DNA of 39,293 bases from Escherichia phage phiv142-3: sequence record MN187550.1. One strand, written 5' to 3'. How positions within the stretch are numbered: position 1 is the first letter of the stretch; each line of letters opens with the position of its first letter. Positions 7,587 through 18,837 of this stretch are shown here, in pieces. The position numbers were made by a program, and so were the translations under genes. Below the pieces are notes generated by a model. It worked only from the letters and a program-made list of their open reading frames with translations, had not been told where the DNA came from and did not search any database.

Positions 7587-10061
7587 TTATTGCGGAGTGA
7601 CATCCTGTGGTCGCCACCAGTATGTCTGGTTAAACTCTTTCTTCGAACGTTGCTCCATTTTACGCAAATAACCTGGTGAAAAATACTCCTGCATCTGGTT
7701 AAAGATCATGTGATCGAGAGCCGCCTTTAAGTACCAGAGATTCGCACCTGGCATCAGACCTTTCCCCAGCTTAACCAGATCACCACCAGTCTGCTCATTC
7801 TTCCCTTCCACAGCATTTAACGGTATGCCCTGAGCAATCTTCACTACGTCATCAACCAGACCAGCTACCGGGCCAAGCATCGACGCCAGTGCGCCGCTTC
7901 CGTACCTAGTGTGATCTGACAATAAAAAGTCACCGTAAAGGCCAAGACCACCACCTTTCAGTAGAGCACCAAGCCAAAATTTAGCAGCATCTTCTCCTGT
8001 CATCTCGCGAGGATTACGACCAGACGCAAGGTCGTTAAGTTGCTGCGACAAAGCGCCAAGAATGGTCGTACTGGCAATAAACGTCGCAATATATGCCGCA
8101 CGCCCACCAGCAGATGGAATACCCATAGCGCGTGACCAGTGACGCATAACCACCGAGATAGGGAACGATTTAAACAGGAAAACACTTCTCGTTAATTCAC
8201 CTTTCCATGTTCCACGCTGAATACCAGAACCGGTTATCAGTTGCTCACGTGCTCCCGGTGTAATAACAGCCATATCAACTTCTTCAGTTACGGCACCGAG
8301 CAGTTTACGCATTGCCTCAAATTTCACGCGTTCAGGCTCACCAAGATGTTTAACTGCTGAATCAGGGATACGCATAATGCTTTCCGGTGTCAGCATCGTA
8401 TTATTGCCGTTCCCCCAGTCCTCCTGTTGAGCCAGCTTCCATACGCTCCAGTCTGTGTCAGTAATCCCTTTGCTTTTCAGGATACGAAAATCAGAATCAT
8501 CGAGGCTACGAAGGTCTGGTGTCCGTGACACTACTTCTCCCAGGCTTCCCATCATGGTTACGCCATAGGCGCGCTTGTGCGCATCTGACCATGCTGTAAG
8601 CCCACTGGCACGCATTACCGCCGTTGCAGCCCAACGAGACACAGACGGCCCCATATTATCCATCGCCCAGCGGTTAACGCTGCCAAGTAGAGATTCCATC
8701 GCTAGACCAGCGCGGCGCGCCCGCGCAAGTTCTGTACGGTTCGTTGGGTCCATAGCTTCAAGCTGGTTGCGGAATAACTGGTTCATTGGAAGGTTGGTCA
8801 CCTTCGCAGACAGATACATGGTTCCAAGATCAGAGAACGATGACAGCAACGCGGATCCGAGTCTGCTGGCAACCAGCCAGTTGCGGATATTGTCAGACCA
8901 TCGCGCGATGTGCGGATTCGCTACAGGCTGTGTCTTTCCGGAAATAAAGTTGTACAGATTCTCTGTGTTGTTCGCCAGCCGCTCGACTTTACCGGTTTTA
9001 CTCGGGTTAGCTGTTGCCGTTTCTGCCTTCACCTGATCAAGAAGAGAGCGGAAAACATGATCGGGGTTTGGGCCATATGTTTCCACCAGTGCAATATCTT
9101 TACTGATACCTTCCAGGTGACCGACCATGATTTCCCATAGAGAGCGATCGCCATAAAGTTGTTGATATTGCAGATAGGAATCTGCATCTTTGAAATGTAT
9201 CTGTCGTGATGCATTACCACGGTTAGCACGTGCGCCGGAAATTCGCATTCCGGTATCAGTAAGCTTATTCAGCCCACCAGTAGCGATCGTGTTATAAGCC
9301 TCTCCAAGAAATGAAGACAACTCGGCATCGTTCATCAGTTGTCCATCGGCTCGGATATAATATTTGCGATCCAGCTTACCTATAACATCGCTAACCCACT
9401 TATCCTTTGATACCGCCCCAACCTTTTCCATAGAATGATGTTGAGGGATCCCCCAGTTTTCGAGATAGCCAATGTCCCCACCAGCATCATTAAACCGGCG
9501 GCGCAGTAGCTCTGTCACTTCTCTCCACGCCTTAGCACCTTTTCTTGCTTTAGCATTGCCAGTATTTTGCCCTCGCATTTCATATACCAGGTCACGCACG
9601 CCAGCTTCATCTTCAAACAGGCCAAAAAAGCGAGGATCAACTGCTTCAAATGCCTCCTGCAATTGACTCAATGCATAATCACGAGTGGCTTTTGTTCTGG
9701 ATTCAACAGAGAGGAAATTCGATTTACCGTCTGCATTAAAAGCAATAGTACGGTTAAGAGCGCCAAGTTTCCCATCAGCCCCTTGATAGCTATTGATAAA
9801 TTTATCCAATCTCTGACGTGCGGCTATAGTGAGGGCCACACGACGTTTCTTTAATGCCGCTTCTCGCTGTAATTCTTCAGATGCCAATTGTGCTGCACGA
9901 TATAGCCGCTCTGATTCGGAAAGTTGTCTCCACGACATCGGGTCATCACGAGCAATGGAGCGCATATTTCGATAAATGCGGTCTTCAATGTTCTGTATTT
10001 CTCGCGCCGTTAACGTGCGCTGCGCCGCCTGCTGGACCGCTTGTATACATTCCTGTCTCAT
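7587..10061 (-). CDS. large internal virion / ejection protein (T7 gp16-like position, distal part)
   Basis: 824 aa; position and size within the podovirus-like structural operon; Gly-rich hydrophobic C-terminal region. Confidence 0.6.
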   Translation of the reverse strand: MRQECIQAVQQAAQRTLTAREIQNIEDRIYRNMRSIARDDPMSWRQLSESERLYRAAQLASEELQREAALKKRRVALTIAARQRLDKFINSYQGADGKLGALNRTIAFNADGKSNFLSVESRTKATRDYALSQLQEAFEAVDPRFFGLFEDEAGVRDLVYEMRGQNTGNAKARKGAKAWREVTELLRRRFNDAGGDIGYLENWGIPQHHSMEKVGAVSKDKWVSDVIGKLDRKYYIRADGQLMNDAELSSFLGEAYNTIATGGLNKLTDTGMRISGARANRGNASRQIHFKDADSYLQYQQLYGDRSLWEIMVGHLEGISKDIALVETYGPNPDHVFRSLLDQVKAETATANPSKTGKVERLANNTENLYNFISGKTQPVANPHIARWSDNIRNWLVASRLGSALLSSFSDLGTMYLSAKVTNLPMNQLFRNQLEAMDPTNRTELARARRAGLAMESLLGSVNRWAMDNMGPSVSRWAATAVMRASGLTAWSDAHKRAYGVTMMGSLGEVVSRTPDLRSLDDSDFRILKSKGITDTDWSVWKLAQQEDWGNGNNTMLTPESIMRIPDSAVKHLGEPERVKFEAMRKLLGAVTEEVDMAVITPGAREQLITGSGIQRGTWKGELTRSVFLFKSFPISVVMRHWSRAMGIPSAGGRAAYIATFIASTTILGALSQQLNDLASGRNPREMTGEDAAKFWLGALLKGGGLGLYGDFLLSDHTRYGSGALASMLGPVAGLVDDVVKIAQGIPLNAVEGKNEQTGGDLVKLGKGLMPGANLWYLKAALDHMIFNQMQEYFSPGYLRKMEQRSKKEFNQTYWWRPQDVTPQ

Positions 10062-10066
10062 TTAAT

Positions 10067-11869
10067 TTAACCTCTCAAGAAACACGCCACAGCGACATCA
10101 AACAGGCTGGAATCCTGTATTGCCTGCTCACTTTCCCTGTTCGCTTCATCCAGTACTTCACGCGCGCTGCGCGATTGTGGATTACCATCATCATCCAGCA
10201 CGGTGATTATCATGTCAGGTGATTCAAGCAGCGAGTCTTCAGCTATGCGCAGATCAATATCTCCTGCCTGATCCGCCATCATTTTTTGTTCTGCCTGTTG
10301 CAATATTTTATCAGGCTCAAAAGGAGCTACTTCGTCTGGCGTCCTGACCTCTGCTGTTTTATAGAATGAAACAGCCTGAGCATTAAGTTCACTTTCTGCC
10401 TGCTGTCTCCGAGCCAGTTCTGCTCGAGCTTCAAAAAACTGACCTCCAGGCTCGTGCGGTGCCAACGCGTTACGGGAAAATTCCAGGCGTTCTTGTGCCT
10501 GCCGGATTCGTTGATCAATATCGCGAAGTCTGGCCTGTTTATATGATCGAGCACGAGACAAAGCTTTACCGCTACCGGTTGGCTCTTCTGCAAGAATTTG
10601 TGCACGCTGTTCAGTGAGATTTTCAATAATTCGTTGGCTATTAGCGATTTCAGACTGGTAAACCTGTCTATCTCCACGCGGCAAAAGCTGCGCGGCCTGT
10701 TCTTCAAGCAACCGATTTTCTATAGCGCGCGCCGTTACTCCATCATCTACAGATGACAGAGCCTCATTAACTGCCTGAGACAGCAGACTCTTGCGCCCAG
10801 GAATTTCACTGAAAGATGCAGACTCAACAATGCTGGCAACGTCTACAGGTCTCCCCTGGCTAACATCAGACATAGCTTTTCGCAGAGCCTGAATGTGAGA
10901 ATTGCGCGAAAGCACGTTGATCGGCACGCCGGGCGCAATATCAATTTCAGCATGATGAGCGGCATTCGCCGCCAGTGCAGCATCGATATCAACTGGTGAA
11001 AAATTTGGTGCGTTTGTAGACTCGCCGCGAGAGTTAATAAATCTGCCGACACCACCAAACGCCACCCCAAGAACAGCATCAATAGCAATTGCCTGTCGAT
11101 CCAACACATCATACTGGTTAGCCATTTCGCTATAGCCACCATCACGAAGTGTTTTTGCAGTAAGCCCACGCTGTGCCATACCGAACGCAATATTTGTACC
11201 TGCTGCATAGGCAATATCTGGCGTTGCACGTACTGCTGTTGCTGCGGCGCGTCGCACTGAACTCTCACCCGTCCGCGCAAGCTGAGCCGCCACACCTTCC
11301 ACCAGCGCACCACCAGCACGTAACCCGAGGCTCATAGGGATCAGCGTTCCGGCACCAGCAGTAATGCCCTGCACTAATCCCGCTTCCTGCGCCGTCCTGA
11401 AATCAACACCCTGTGATGTAAGCCGTTCAAACTCAGAAAAACCCTGTAGAGAAGTTACCGCCGCAGCACCTCCGACCGGACCACCGAGCGTTGTACCGAC
11501 AACAGCCTGCCCGCCCATATCGAACAACCCATAAAGGACCTGCCCGGCGGTTCCGGTTGTCGCGGCATCAGGCGTCAGCCGCTTAACCTGCTGCTCTGCT
11601 AGTTTTCTCTGCTCAGCAATGTATGAAACTGAAGTGTCATTGATCGAGGTGTTTTCGTTAACAAACTGAGCAATCGGGGATACGATTTTATCCATCCCTG
11701 CCCATAGCAACTGATCTGGCTTTGCCACCAGCCCGGAGTACAAACCAGACAATGCCGCTCCTACAGCATTGTCGAAAAAACCAACATCGCTGTTAAAGCC
11801 AGCTGGATTTGATGCTGCTTCGTCAAGCTGCTGATTCTGGTTTACTGGATTAAGGCCAAAGTAACTCAT
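10067..11869 (-). CDS. internal virion / ejection protein (T7 gp16-like position, proximal part)
   Basis: 600 aa; separated from the next ORF by 5 nt and a frame change, so the pair may be a split gp16-like gene. Confidence 0.55.
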   Translation of the reverse strand: MSYFGLNPVNQNQQLDEAASNPAGFNSDVGFFDNAVGAALSGLYSGLVAKPDQLLWAGMDKIVSPIAQFVNENTSINDTSVSYIAEQRKLAEQQVKRLTPDAATTGTAGQVLYGLFDMGGQAVVGTTLGGPVGGAAAVTSLQGFSEFERLTSQGVDFRTAQEAGLVQGITAGAGTLIPMSLGLRAGGALVEGVAAQLARTGESSVRRAAATAVRATPDIAYAAGTNIAFGMAQRGLTAKTLRDGGYSEMANQYDVLDRQAIAIDAVLGVAFGGVGRFINSRGESTNAPNFSPVDIDAALAANAAHHAEIDIAPGVPINVLSRNSHIQALRKAMSDVSQGRPVDVASIVESASFSEIPGRKSLLSQAVNEALSSVDDGVTARAIENRLLEEQAAQLLPRGDRQVYQSEIANSQRIIENLTEQRAQILAEEPTGSGKALSRARSYKQARLRDIDQRIRQAQERLEFSRNALAPHEPGGQFFEARAELARRQQAESELNAQAVSFYKTAEVRTPDEVAPFEPDKILQQAEQKMMADQAGDIDLRIAEDSLLESPDMIITVLDDDGNPQSRSAREVLDEANRESEQAIQDSSLFDVAVACFLRG

Positions 11870-14379
11870 TGCGGAATATCTCCGGAGAATCTCTGACGCT
11901 TCTGTGTCAGATTAAGAACAACGGGAGAACCATCATCTTTCAGCAGATAACCAGTACCAAGTTTCACCAGGTACTGACTATCGCCGTAACTTTGCAAACC
12001 ATACTGACCAGGCGGTGTTTTTATCCCGGAGCCGACAACTTGTTCATTCCAAGCCTGATTAACCTGCTTATCGAATTGCTCTGCAGACATTCCCCACGGC
12101 AAAAGGACATTCCCCATTCCGTTATAGTCATGCACGCCACCTGTAGCTACGTTAACAGCCTGTTTCCAGACATCATTGTCAATTTCGCCTGATACCACGC
12201 CTTTTTTCGCCATCACACCAGCGTAATAATCCTTTGCGATCTCGTATGCCATTGATGCCCCCTGAGCGTCACCAGCAAATGCATCCTTCACCATGTCAGA
12301 AAACTCAAGGCGAAGATCAGCATCTTTAGGCATCGGAATACCTTTCGCATCATCAGTACTTTTACGAGCCGCCGCGCCAGCAAGAATTGTCTGCGCAGCG
12401 GTTTCAGGAGACACGGAAACATCCGGATTAAACCAGTTTTTTTCTGCCAAAATACCACCAGGCTTATCCATCAGTATCCCGGCAACGGCAGCAGATGGAG
12501 CGTTGGCACTGATCTGCTGTAGTGCTGACATATACACCTGCCCACCACCAGTGCTCTGCCTGATGGTATCGAGATATGCTGCCTGTTGGGAAACTGGAGC
12601 ATCACGAAAGAAAACACCGATCTGATTGGCCTCGTCTTTGGAAAAGAACGTCAGTGGAGTGCCATATGACTTAGCAAGGTCACTGACCTGAGCGGCACGC
12701 AAGGCAACGCTCTGTCCAAAGTTATCCTTATTGCTCATGTCGATAGGCTTTGCCTGTCCGGAGGCAAGAGAGAACTGCACAGGATCCGACTGCCGCTGCT
12801 TTATCACCTGATTTGCAGCCGAAACAACGTTGTCATAAAGAGCTGCGCGTGCCGCATACCCCTCCCCTGTCTCACCAGTATCCGGGCGTAATTGCTCAAC
12901 ATATGCTGTAATGCTGCTTGTCGGCATGTTGCGGAAAGAGCCTATATACTGTCCGGCGATTTGCGTATTTCTGAACTCGGTATATCGCAGGTTTCCTTCT
13001 CTTACTCCATAAGCTGCAATAAAATCAGCCTCACCAGGTGGGTTAGGAAATTCAACGCCACGCATATACGCAGCTGTCGCATCGCGAACCTGGCTGTCAA
13101 TCATCGTTTTATATTCAGCCTGCTGCTGCCGACGCAGTTGATCAGCCTGTCGCATAAAACTTGCCTGCGCCTCAGGAGATGCCGCATCGAATGCTGCATT
13201 ACCGGTATAGCGTTTGGTGTTGGTTGGAATTGTTGATAAACCAAGTGCTGCACTGACACCAGCAGTTAACTGCTGATCACTGTATGGCTGGCTACCGTTC
13301 TCATGATGGATAATGGCTGCACAAAGCGCCTTCAGGGTATCAGGATTAGATGCATCGAGAGGCTCATCAGCAGAAACGCCAAGTTGTTCGCACACTGCTT
13401 TGATATACGACATAGTGTCATTTTTATCAGTAGGCGGTGCCCAGCGATTAATTATCTCGCTGACGGTATCAATACCCTGCCTCTGATACGACATCAGGTT
13501 TCGCCCTAATGCACGAATCCCGTGTTCAGGTGTTTCGAATTTAGCAAATCGACCATCATCACCGGTCTGGCCTACCCACGGATTAGTTTTGCTGTATTCG
13601 AGATTTCCTGGGTTATTGTTGCGTATGCCACGGGCACGCTCGGAAGAGTCACTATCTGCTACAGCACGGCGAGCTCCAGCAGCAGTATCACTTAACTCGC
13701 CATTACTTTGGATGAATGCGGTCGCATTGTTTGCCGACCACTGGGACAATGCGGCATCAGCAACCTTCTCTTTAAACTCGACTTTCTTGGCCTGGATTTG
13801 CTCGTCGCTCCAGCCATGCGCAATGCCGTAATCCTCAATTTGCTGGAAAGTTTGCTTATTAGCCAATACGTATGCGGCGTTGTCGCCATACAATGCTGCG
13901 GCATTTTTACCATTGTTCAGCAGCGTAGCCTGAAACTGGCCTTCTTCGTAGGCGTTTATTTGCCCTATCTCGTGCCGCCAGGCCTGCGTAGTGAACTGAA
14001 TGCGCTGCTGCTGCGCCTGCTGCATGAAAGTATTACGAGCCTGTTCATCCGGCAGCGACATAGCCAGTTGTTCGACCTGAGCATCAAACTGCTGCGTATA
14101 CTCATGGCCTTTTCCAATAGCATTTTTCCCTTTCAGGTTAAGCAACCCTGTTTCAGGGTTATTCAGCAGATCGCTGCTTATCTGACTGAGGTTAAGAGAT
14201 GCCTCCTGAGCCAGAGCGATATTGGCACGCTGTTTTGCCTGACCAAAAACATCAATAGTCTCTGCCCCTGCCAGAACAAAAGCATCACCAATACCTGGCT
14301 GAGAAAACGTCTGCAAGCCTGCTGACTGAACTCCACGGCTCTCAACCTGACGTCCGGATACTGTTGGTACGACTGGCAT
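11866..14379 (-). CDS. internal virion protein (T7 gp15-like position) with a possible muralytic motif
   Basis: Start set at internal ATG (MPVVPTV...) which overlaps the upstream stop as TAATG and has a GGAGG RBS. Contains ...RNNNPGNLEY...FETPEHGIRALGRNL..., reminiscent of virion-associated peptidoglycan hydrolase domains (unverified). Confidence 0.6.
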   Translation of the reverse strand: MPVVPTVSGRQVESRGVQSAGLQTFSQPGIGDAFVLAGAETIDVFGQAKQRANIALAQEASLNLSQISSDLLNNPETGLLNLKGKNAIGKGHEYTQQFDAQVEQLAMSLPDEQARNTFMQQAQQQRIQFTTQAWRHEIGQINAYEEGQFQATLLNNGKNAAALYGDNAAYVLANKQTFQQIEDYGIAHGWSDEQIQAKKVEFKEKVADAALSQWSANNATAFIQSNGELSDTAAGARRAVADSDSSERARGIRNNNPGNLEYSKTNPWVGQTGDDGRFAKFETPEHGIRALGRNLMSYQRQGIDTVSEIINRWAPPTDKNDTMSYIKAVCEQLGVSADEPLDASNPDTLKALCAAIIHHENGSQPYSDQQLTAGVSAALGLSTIPTNTKRYTGNAAFDAASPEAQASFMRQADQLRRQQQAEYKTMIDSQVRDATAAYMRGVEFPNPPGEADFIAAYGVREGNLRYTEFRNTQIAGQYIGSFRNMPTSSITAYVEQLRPDTGETGEGYAARAALYDNVVSAANQVIKQRQSDPVQFSLASGQAKPIDMSNKDNFGQSVALRAAQVSDLAKSYGTPLTFFSKDEANQIGVFFRDAPVSQQAAYLDTIRQSTGGGQVYMSALQQISANAPSAAVAGILMDKPGGILAEKNWFNPDVSVSPETAAQTILAGAAARKSTDDAKGIPMPKDADLRLEFSDMVKDAFAGDAQGASMAYEIAKDYYAGVMAKKGVVSGEIDNDVWKQAVNVATGGVHDYNGMGNVLLPWGMSAEQFDKQVNQAWNEQVVGSGIKTPPGQYGLQSYGDSQYLVKLGTGYLLKDDGSPVVLNLTQKRQRFSGDIPQ

Positions 14380-14924
14380 TATAATCCTCCGGGTAATCTG
14401 GTTCCTGCTGCTGCCCCGATTGGCGCAGGAGTGCTTTGAGTAAACGGACTCCACGTCCCACCAAACATCTGGTACGCACCGTATGCCTTCAGAGGCGCAG
14501 TGAGCAATGTTGTTGCTGCTCCCACATTCCCCTGTTTACGGGCTGAACTGGCTTCTGCTTTATAGTTGGCAGCCTGAACCTGATAACCGTAAGCCTCGCG
14601 TTGCGCGTTATTCACCGTCGTCAGCGAATCAAGAGCGCCAAACTGGGCAGTGTCGCCAAATATATCCAGCGCGTTACCGGTAGATAAATCAGCGCCGGTA
14701 GCCCCCATTGTCGCCGCCTGTGTACCAAGCCGCTGTCTGGTCTCTCTGCGCCGTTGCTCAGCTTCAGCGTTACCTCTGTTTATTGCATCATTTGCCTGAG
14801 CAGTGGCTATATCTGCGTTCGCTTCTGCAACCTTCGAGGCATACTTTCCCTGTTGGTACTGGGTGTATGCCTGAATGCCACTCATGGCGAGCATTGCGCC
14901 ACCAGCAATAACCGGATCGCACAT
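14379..14924 (-). CDS. internal virion protein (T7 gp14-like position)
   Basis: 181 aa, Ala/Gly/Gln-rich; translationally coupled to neighbours. Confidence 0.55.
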   Translation of the reverse strand: MCDPVIAGGAMLAMSGIQAYTQYQQGKYASKVAEANADIATAQANDAINRGNAEAEQRRRETRQRLGTQAATMGATGADLSTGNALDIFGDTAQFGALDSLTTVNNAQREAYGYQVQAANYKAEASSARKQGNVGAATTLLTAPLKAYGAYQMFGGTWSPFTQSTPAPIGAAAGTRLPGGL

Positions 14925-15388
14925 TATTTTCTCTCCATGTGAAATCTGTGGAAATTAAGACCAAGAGCACCATAAGGCGCGGCTTCTTCAAGCCTGAATC
15001 CAAGCCAGTGCAGCCATGCTTTGGCAACATGGTTTCGCTCGTCGACGTAGTTTTCCAGGCGCGGATAAACTGCCAGCATCTGCTGCAATACAGGGCGGCA
15101 GTGGCGAAGAAATGTCTTCTGATATTTTTCAATACGGCTGGTTCCTACCAGCCAGGGCGTACCATTGCCACCGATCATTGACGCCGGAGATACGCCAAAC
15201 ATGGTTACCAGTTCTCCGTTCGCAAATCCTGACCAGGCCATAGTCGCAGTGCGAAGACCAACACGCAGCGCATCTTCGGTAGTCATCAGCGATACCGCAT
15301 ACAGTTCGTCAATATCAGCCTGACGAACATCCGGCAAAATCATCTGAAGATGCTCTTCGGTAGCGGGAACAATTCGAACATCGATCAT
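14924..15388 (-). CDS. internal virion protein (T7 gp13-like position)
   Basis: 154 aa; start overlaps the stop of the upstream tail gene. Confidence 0.5.
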   Translation of the reverse strand: MIDVRIVPATEEHLQMILPDVRQADIDELYAVSLMTTEDALRVGLRTATMAWSGFANGELVTMFGVSPASMIGGNGTPWLVGTSRIEKYQKTFLRHCRPVLQQMLAVYPRLENYVDERNHVAKAWLHWLGFRLEEAAPYGALGLNFHRFHMERK

Positions 15389-17859
15389 CAGAATCCCCCA
15401 ACAGTAAGGCGAGGAATAACGGCAAGAACAGACAGCGGCAACGGGTCAAGCTGACGGATTCTTACACGTCCGTTTTTGCCCCAGTTACTATCCAGTTTCA
15501 CTTCTACTTTTCCGGTAGCGTCATCAACAGGATCATCGTAGAACTCGAATTCACGCTGTGGATATTCGTACCATTTACCGCCGGGCGTAGTCGCCCAGAT
15601 GCCGCGGCTGGCATTCACAACCAGAGTAACGGATGGGTTCACCTGTTTTTTGTCCAGCAGCGTTTCCTGTCCGTTAATGTTGATATCCAGTGTTTCGAAT
15701 TCAGCAGTTATTGGCAGGCCGATGTGCACTACAGCCCCCGGTGATTCCAGTGTGACGGCACCTCCGGAAACAACTTTCTGTGGCTCAACATTCGCATCAG
15801 AAAGAATGTTTACGGTCTGGCCTTCAAGATGAGACAGGCCTCCAAATGTCCGGCGCGCCATCTGCCAGTTCGTGGTGGCCACATTCCTGAGGGATGGCGG
15901 GACGTTCCTGTTAGCACGAACCACTACAGCGGTATTGCTGGTTACAGAAATAATGTCGCAACGTAATTCTTTTGACACTTCATCGCCAGTATCAGGATCA
16001 GCTCCGGTATAAGGGAACTGTAGTTGCGCACCAACATCACTACTGGTGAAGTACGCACCACCAGAAACACTGATTGTATATTCCGCGTGGTAATCCCATT
16101 CACCAGAACCACCAGTGATGGTCATCGTTCTGTCAGACGTATTTCTTCCATCATAGCTAAGGCCAGAATCAACAAAGAAAGCATCTTCATCGCTGGTAAA
16201 TAAACGGCTGGACAGTCTCTCGATGTATCTCACTGTTTGCCCGTTAACGGTTCGGTTAATGACGAAATACACCGCATCTTCATTTCCTTCGCTGATACTG
16301 CATGTGCTTTCATATTTTCCGGTACTGGATTGTGGTGCCCATGCAAAAACCTGCTGATCACGCAAATAGGTCATCACCAGTAATTTACCGTCATCACGAA
16401 TGCAGAAGGCGCTGGAGTAAGGGACAATAGAGAAGCACCAGTCAACAATGCTGTGCTTCTGAAAAAGATGATTGGCAAGGATGGTCAGGTCGTTCCCCTG
16501 ATAGCCGTCAACATCGAATGAGTAGGCCAGATCACGGACAACACTGCCTTTCTCCTGGACGAACAGAGCAATATTCGCCACGGCAATTGGTGGGACATTG
16601 CTCGAGCCATTTGATCCCTGAGAGCTGAATGCAAATGATGATGGGGTTAACACTTTGTTCTGGTCGCCGGTGATGACGTACTCACCTCCGGAAGTCAGCG
16701 CCACCAGCGAACCAACATCAATCAGGTGGCGGATCTCATTAACCTGACGCCCGGCATAGGTGTAGATAATTCTATCGTCATCCTGCGTAGGATTGCTTTT
16801 GCCAAAATCCTTATAATCCCCAGTACGGCTGGCCCAGATAGTCTGAGGGAACGCAGTCGATGCGGCGAAGTAAAGACGCTGTTGATAATAAACAACAGTG
16901 CCAGGATAACCATTAACACTGTTCCAGGCATATTTAGCCCATTTATAGCTGGCATTATCCTCGCCAACGACCTGCGAAGGGATATAGGAAATCACCTCAG
17001 CAGTTGCAGTAGTGCCATTTGCAGCAGTGATACGGGCAATGCCAAAACCACTGTGCAGATACTCCCACTCAATGCCAGTATCATCATCACCGGAGCCGCC
17101 CCAGCCATCCCATGATGTGCCTTCTGTATGCGAAGGGCGCAAAGTACCTGTTTTGCCTGCTGTAACTGCGCGATAGTAGTTACTGTCTGCACGGCGAATA
17201 TCGCCAATCGACGTACTCTTACTGGTTTCCCATACCGGCACAGAATCCACTGCAGGCTGTTCCAGATAGAACAATTTGCCTACCTGCTCCGCGCCAAAAA
17301 TAGAGGCGCTTGCCGTTAACGTAATTGTCCCGGTGCTGGCGCTGGCATAAACCGTCACTGACTCGTCAATATTGATATCTTCAAATGGCCCGTTCTTCGT
17401 TACCACATCAACCAGTTGCCAGTTGTCATGCGCATAGCGGCGCAACTCTTTCGGCGGGTATGCCGGATGAACCAGCGTAAGCACGTCTGCGCTTTGCGTG
17501 AATTTAATTCGGAACAGATCGGCTTCAGTATATGGCGTGGCAATTTCATAAATAACATTGCTGCTGTTCAGCACCAACGCACCATCTTTGATAACGCGCA
17601 TGTACTGGTGTCCGAACTCCAGAGCATAAGTCTGAACCGTCGAGAACTGGAACGGGATCAGGCGGCATTTCCGATTTGGGTATTTGGCGGCACCGACAAA
17701 ACGCGTACCAGGTCGATTCTCAACGCCGCCATACTGCCGCACGATAAAGTTATCGCACTTGCGCAATGCCACCTGGTACTTCGCCATGTCAATACGCCCG
17801 TACAACGACGGTCCAATCTCACCACCGGCAAAGCTGGGCTGGATCCAACTGATAGCCAT
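15388..17859 (-). CDS. tail tubular protein B-like (nozzle)
   Basis: 823 aa; size and position match T7 gp12-type proteins. Confidence 0.6.
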   Translation of the reverse strand: MAISWIQPSFAGGEIGPSLYGRIDMAKYQVALRKCDNFIVRQYGGVENRPGTRFVGAAKYPNRKCRLIPFQFSTVQTYALEFGHQYMRVIKDGALVLNSSNVIYEIATPYTEADLFRIKFTQSADVLTLVHPAYPPKELRRYAHDNWQLVDVVTKNGPFEDINIDESVTVYASASTGTITLTASASIFGAEQVGKLFYLEQPAVDSVPVWETSKSTSIGDIRRADSNYYRAVTAGKTGTLRPSHTEGTSWDGWGGSGDDDTGIEWEYLHSGFGIARITAANGTTATAEVISYIPSQVVGEDNASYKWAKYAWNSVNGYPGTVVYYQQRLYFAASTAFPQTIWASRTGDYKDFGKSNPTQDDDRIIYTYAGRQVNEIRHLIDVGSLVALTSGGEYVITGDQNKVLTPSSFAFSSQGSNGSSNVPPIAVANIALFVQEKGSVVRDLAYSFDVDGYQGNDLTILANHLFQKHSIVDWCFSIVPYSSAFCIRDDGKLLVMTYLRDQQVFAWAPQSSTGKYESTCSISEGNEDAVYFVINRTVNGQTVRYIERLSSRLFTSDEDAFFVDSGLSYDGRNTSDRTMTITGGSGEWDYHAEYTISVSGGAYFTSSDVGAQLQFPYTGADPDTGDEVSKELRCDIISVTSNTAVVVRANRNVPPSLRNVATTNWQMARRTFGGLSHLEGQTVNILSDANVEPQKVVSGGAVTLESPGAVVHIGLPITAEFETLDININGQETLLDKKQVNPSVTLVVNASRGIWATTPGGKWYEYPQREFEFYDDPVDDATGKVEVKLDSNWGKNGRVRIRQLDPLPLSVLAVIPRLTVGGF

Positions 17860-18464
17860 CAGGACAACCTCGCAATGGTAAACTCATCAACCGGTGGCTG
17901 TGGTTCCTGTGATTCATTCTGGCTATGCGAGCCAGCACTAAGAATCACGCGATTGTACATATTGAGGGCAAACGTACCGAGGTCTGCATTCCCAGTCAGC
18001 GCCATGTTAATAGCTGCCGCAAGACGCCAGGCCAACGCCTCCATAAAAATGGCATCAAACATGTTCACATCTGAAACGCGAGATACATACTTGAGCCATG
18101 CCTGCGGCTGGTCTGTGTAGATCAACTTTCCTGTTCCGTTGGTGTCTGCACCAACTTCGTACTGAACGCGCATTGCTGCTGTTGGATTGCGTACACCAGG
18201 AAGCATAATTTCAGTAATGCGCAGACAATCTGACGGGTACTGATACGCATATTCCCAGTCAGGCGGTGGATTGCTCGTATCTGCAAGCGCCACGCGTTTT
18301 GTAGCAAAGTTCCAGTCAAAATCAGAAAGAACAGCATCACGGCAGGCCTCAAAGTGCAGCGAACATTCCCCCGCTTCCTTGCTGGCTTCCGTCAGGCTGT
18401 TAATGCTGCGGCTGTTGCCAATATTGGACAGCGCACGATTGCAGATCTCTACTACAGAGGCCAT
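17859..18464 (-). CDS. tail tubular protein A-like (adaptor)
   Basis: 201 aa; size and position match T7 gp11-type proteins. Confidence 0.55.
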   Translation of the reverse strand: MASVVEICNRALSNIGNSRSINSLTEASKEAGECSLHFEACRDAVLSDFDWNFATKRVALADTSNPPPDWEYAYQYPSDCLRITEIMLPGVRNPTAAMRVQYEVGADTNGTGKLIYTDQPQAWLKYVSRVSDVNMFDAIFMEALAWRLAAAINMALTGNADLGTFALNMYNRVILSAGSHSQNESQEPQPPVDEFTIARLS

Positions 18465-18793
18465 TACTCCCCCCCATTGCCGTACAGAGTTTCAGCCGCT
18501 GATTTTTCTACATCCCCGGAAACAGGAGCGATCGCCATATCCGTGATCTGCAGATCGGCGCTGCGATTAACACCATCGTCAGTTTCTCTGGCAGACAGGC
18601 CTCGAATAACAGCCTTTGCAGTTATCATCACTTCTGTTCCGACGCCCTGAGGTTGCGCCTTCAGCTTATTCAATGTGTCGTTATTAAGAGTGATGCACAG
18701 CCCCCACGGGTATTCATCGCGAGTTCTGGTTTCTCCGCTCTCATCCTGGTAGCTGTCAGTGCCGGTTTTGAGGTTTACGAGTTCCATATACAC
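18464..18793 (-). CDS. hypothetical virion protein
   Basis: 109-aa ORF in the structural operon. Confidence 0.45.
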   Translation of the reverse strand: MYMELVNLKTGTDSYQDESGETRTRDEYPWGLCITLNNDTLNKLKAQPQGVGTEVMITAKAVIRGLSARETDDGVNRSADLQITDMAIAPVSGDVEKSAAETLYGNGGE

Positions 18794-18837
18794 TCCTGCA
18801 ATAAAGGGGCCGAAGCCCCTTGTCTGATCCGCGAGGC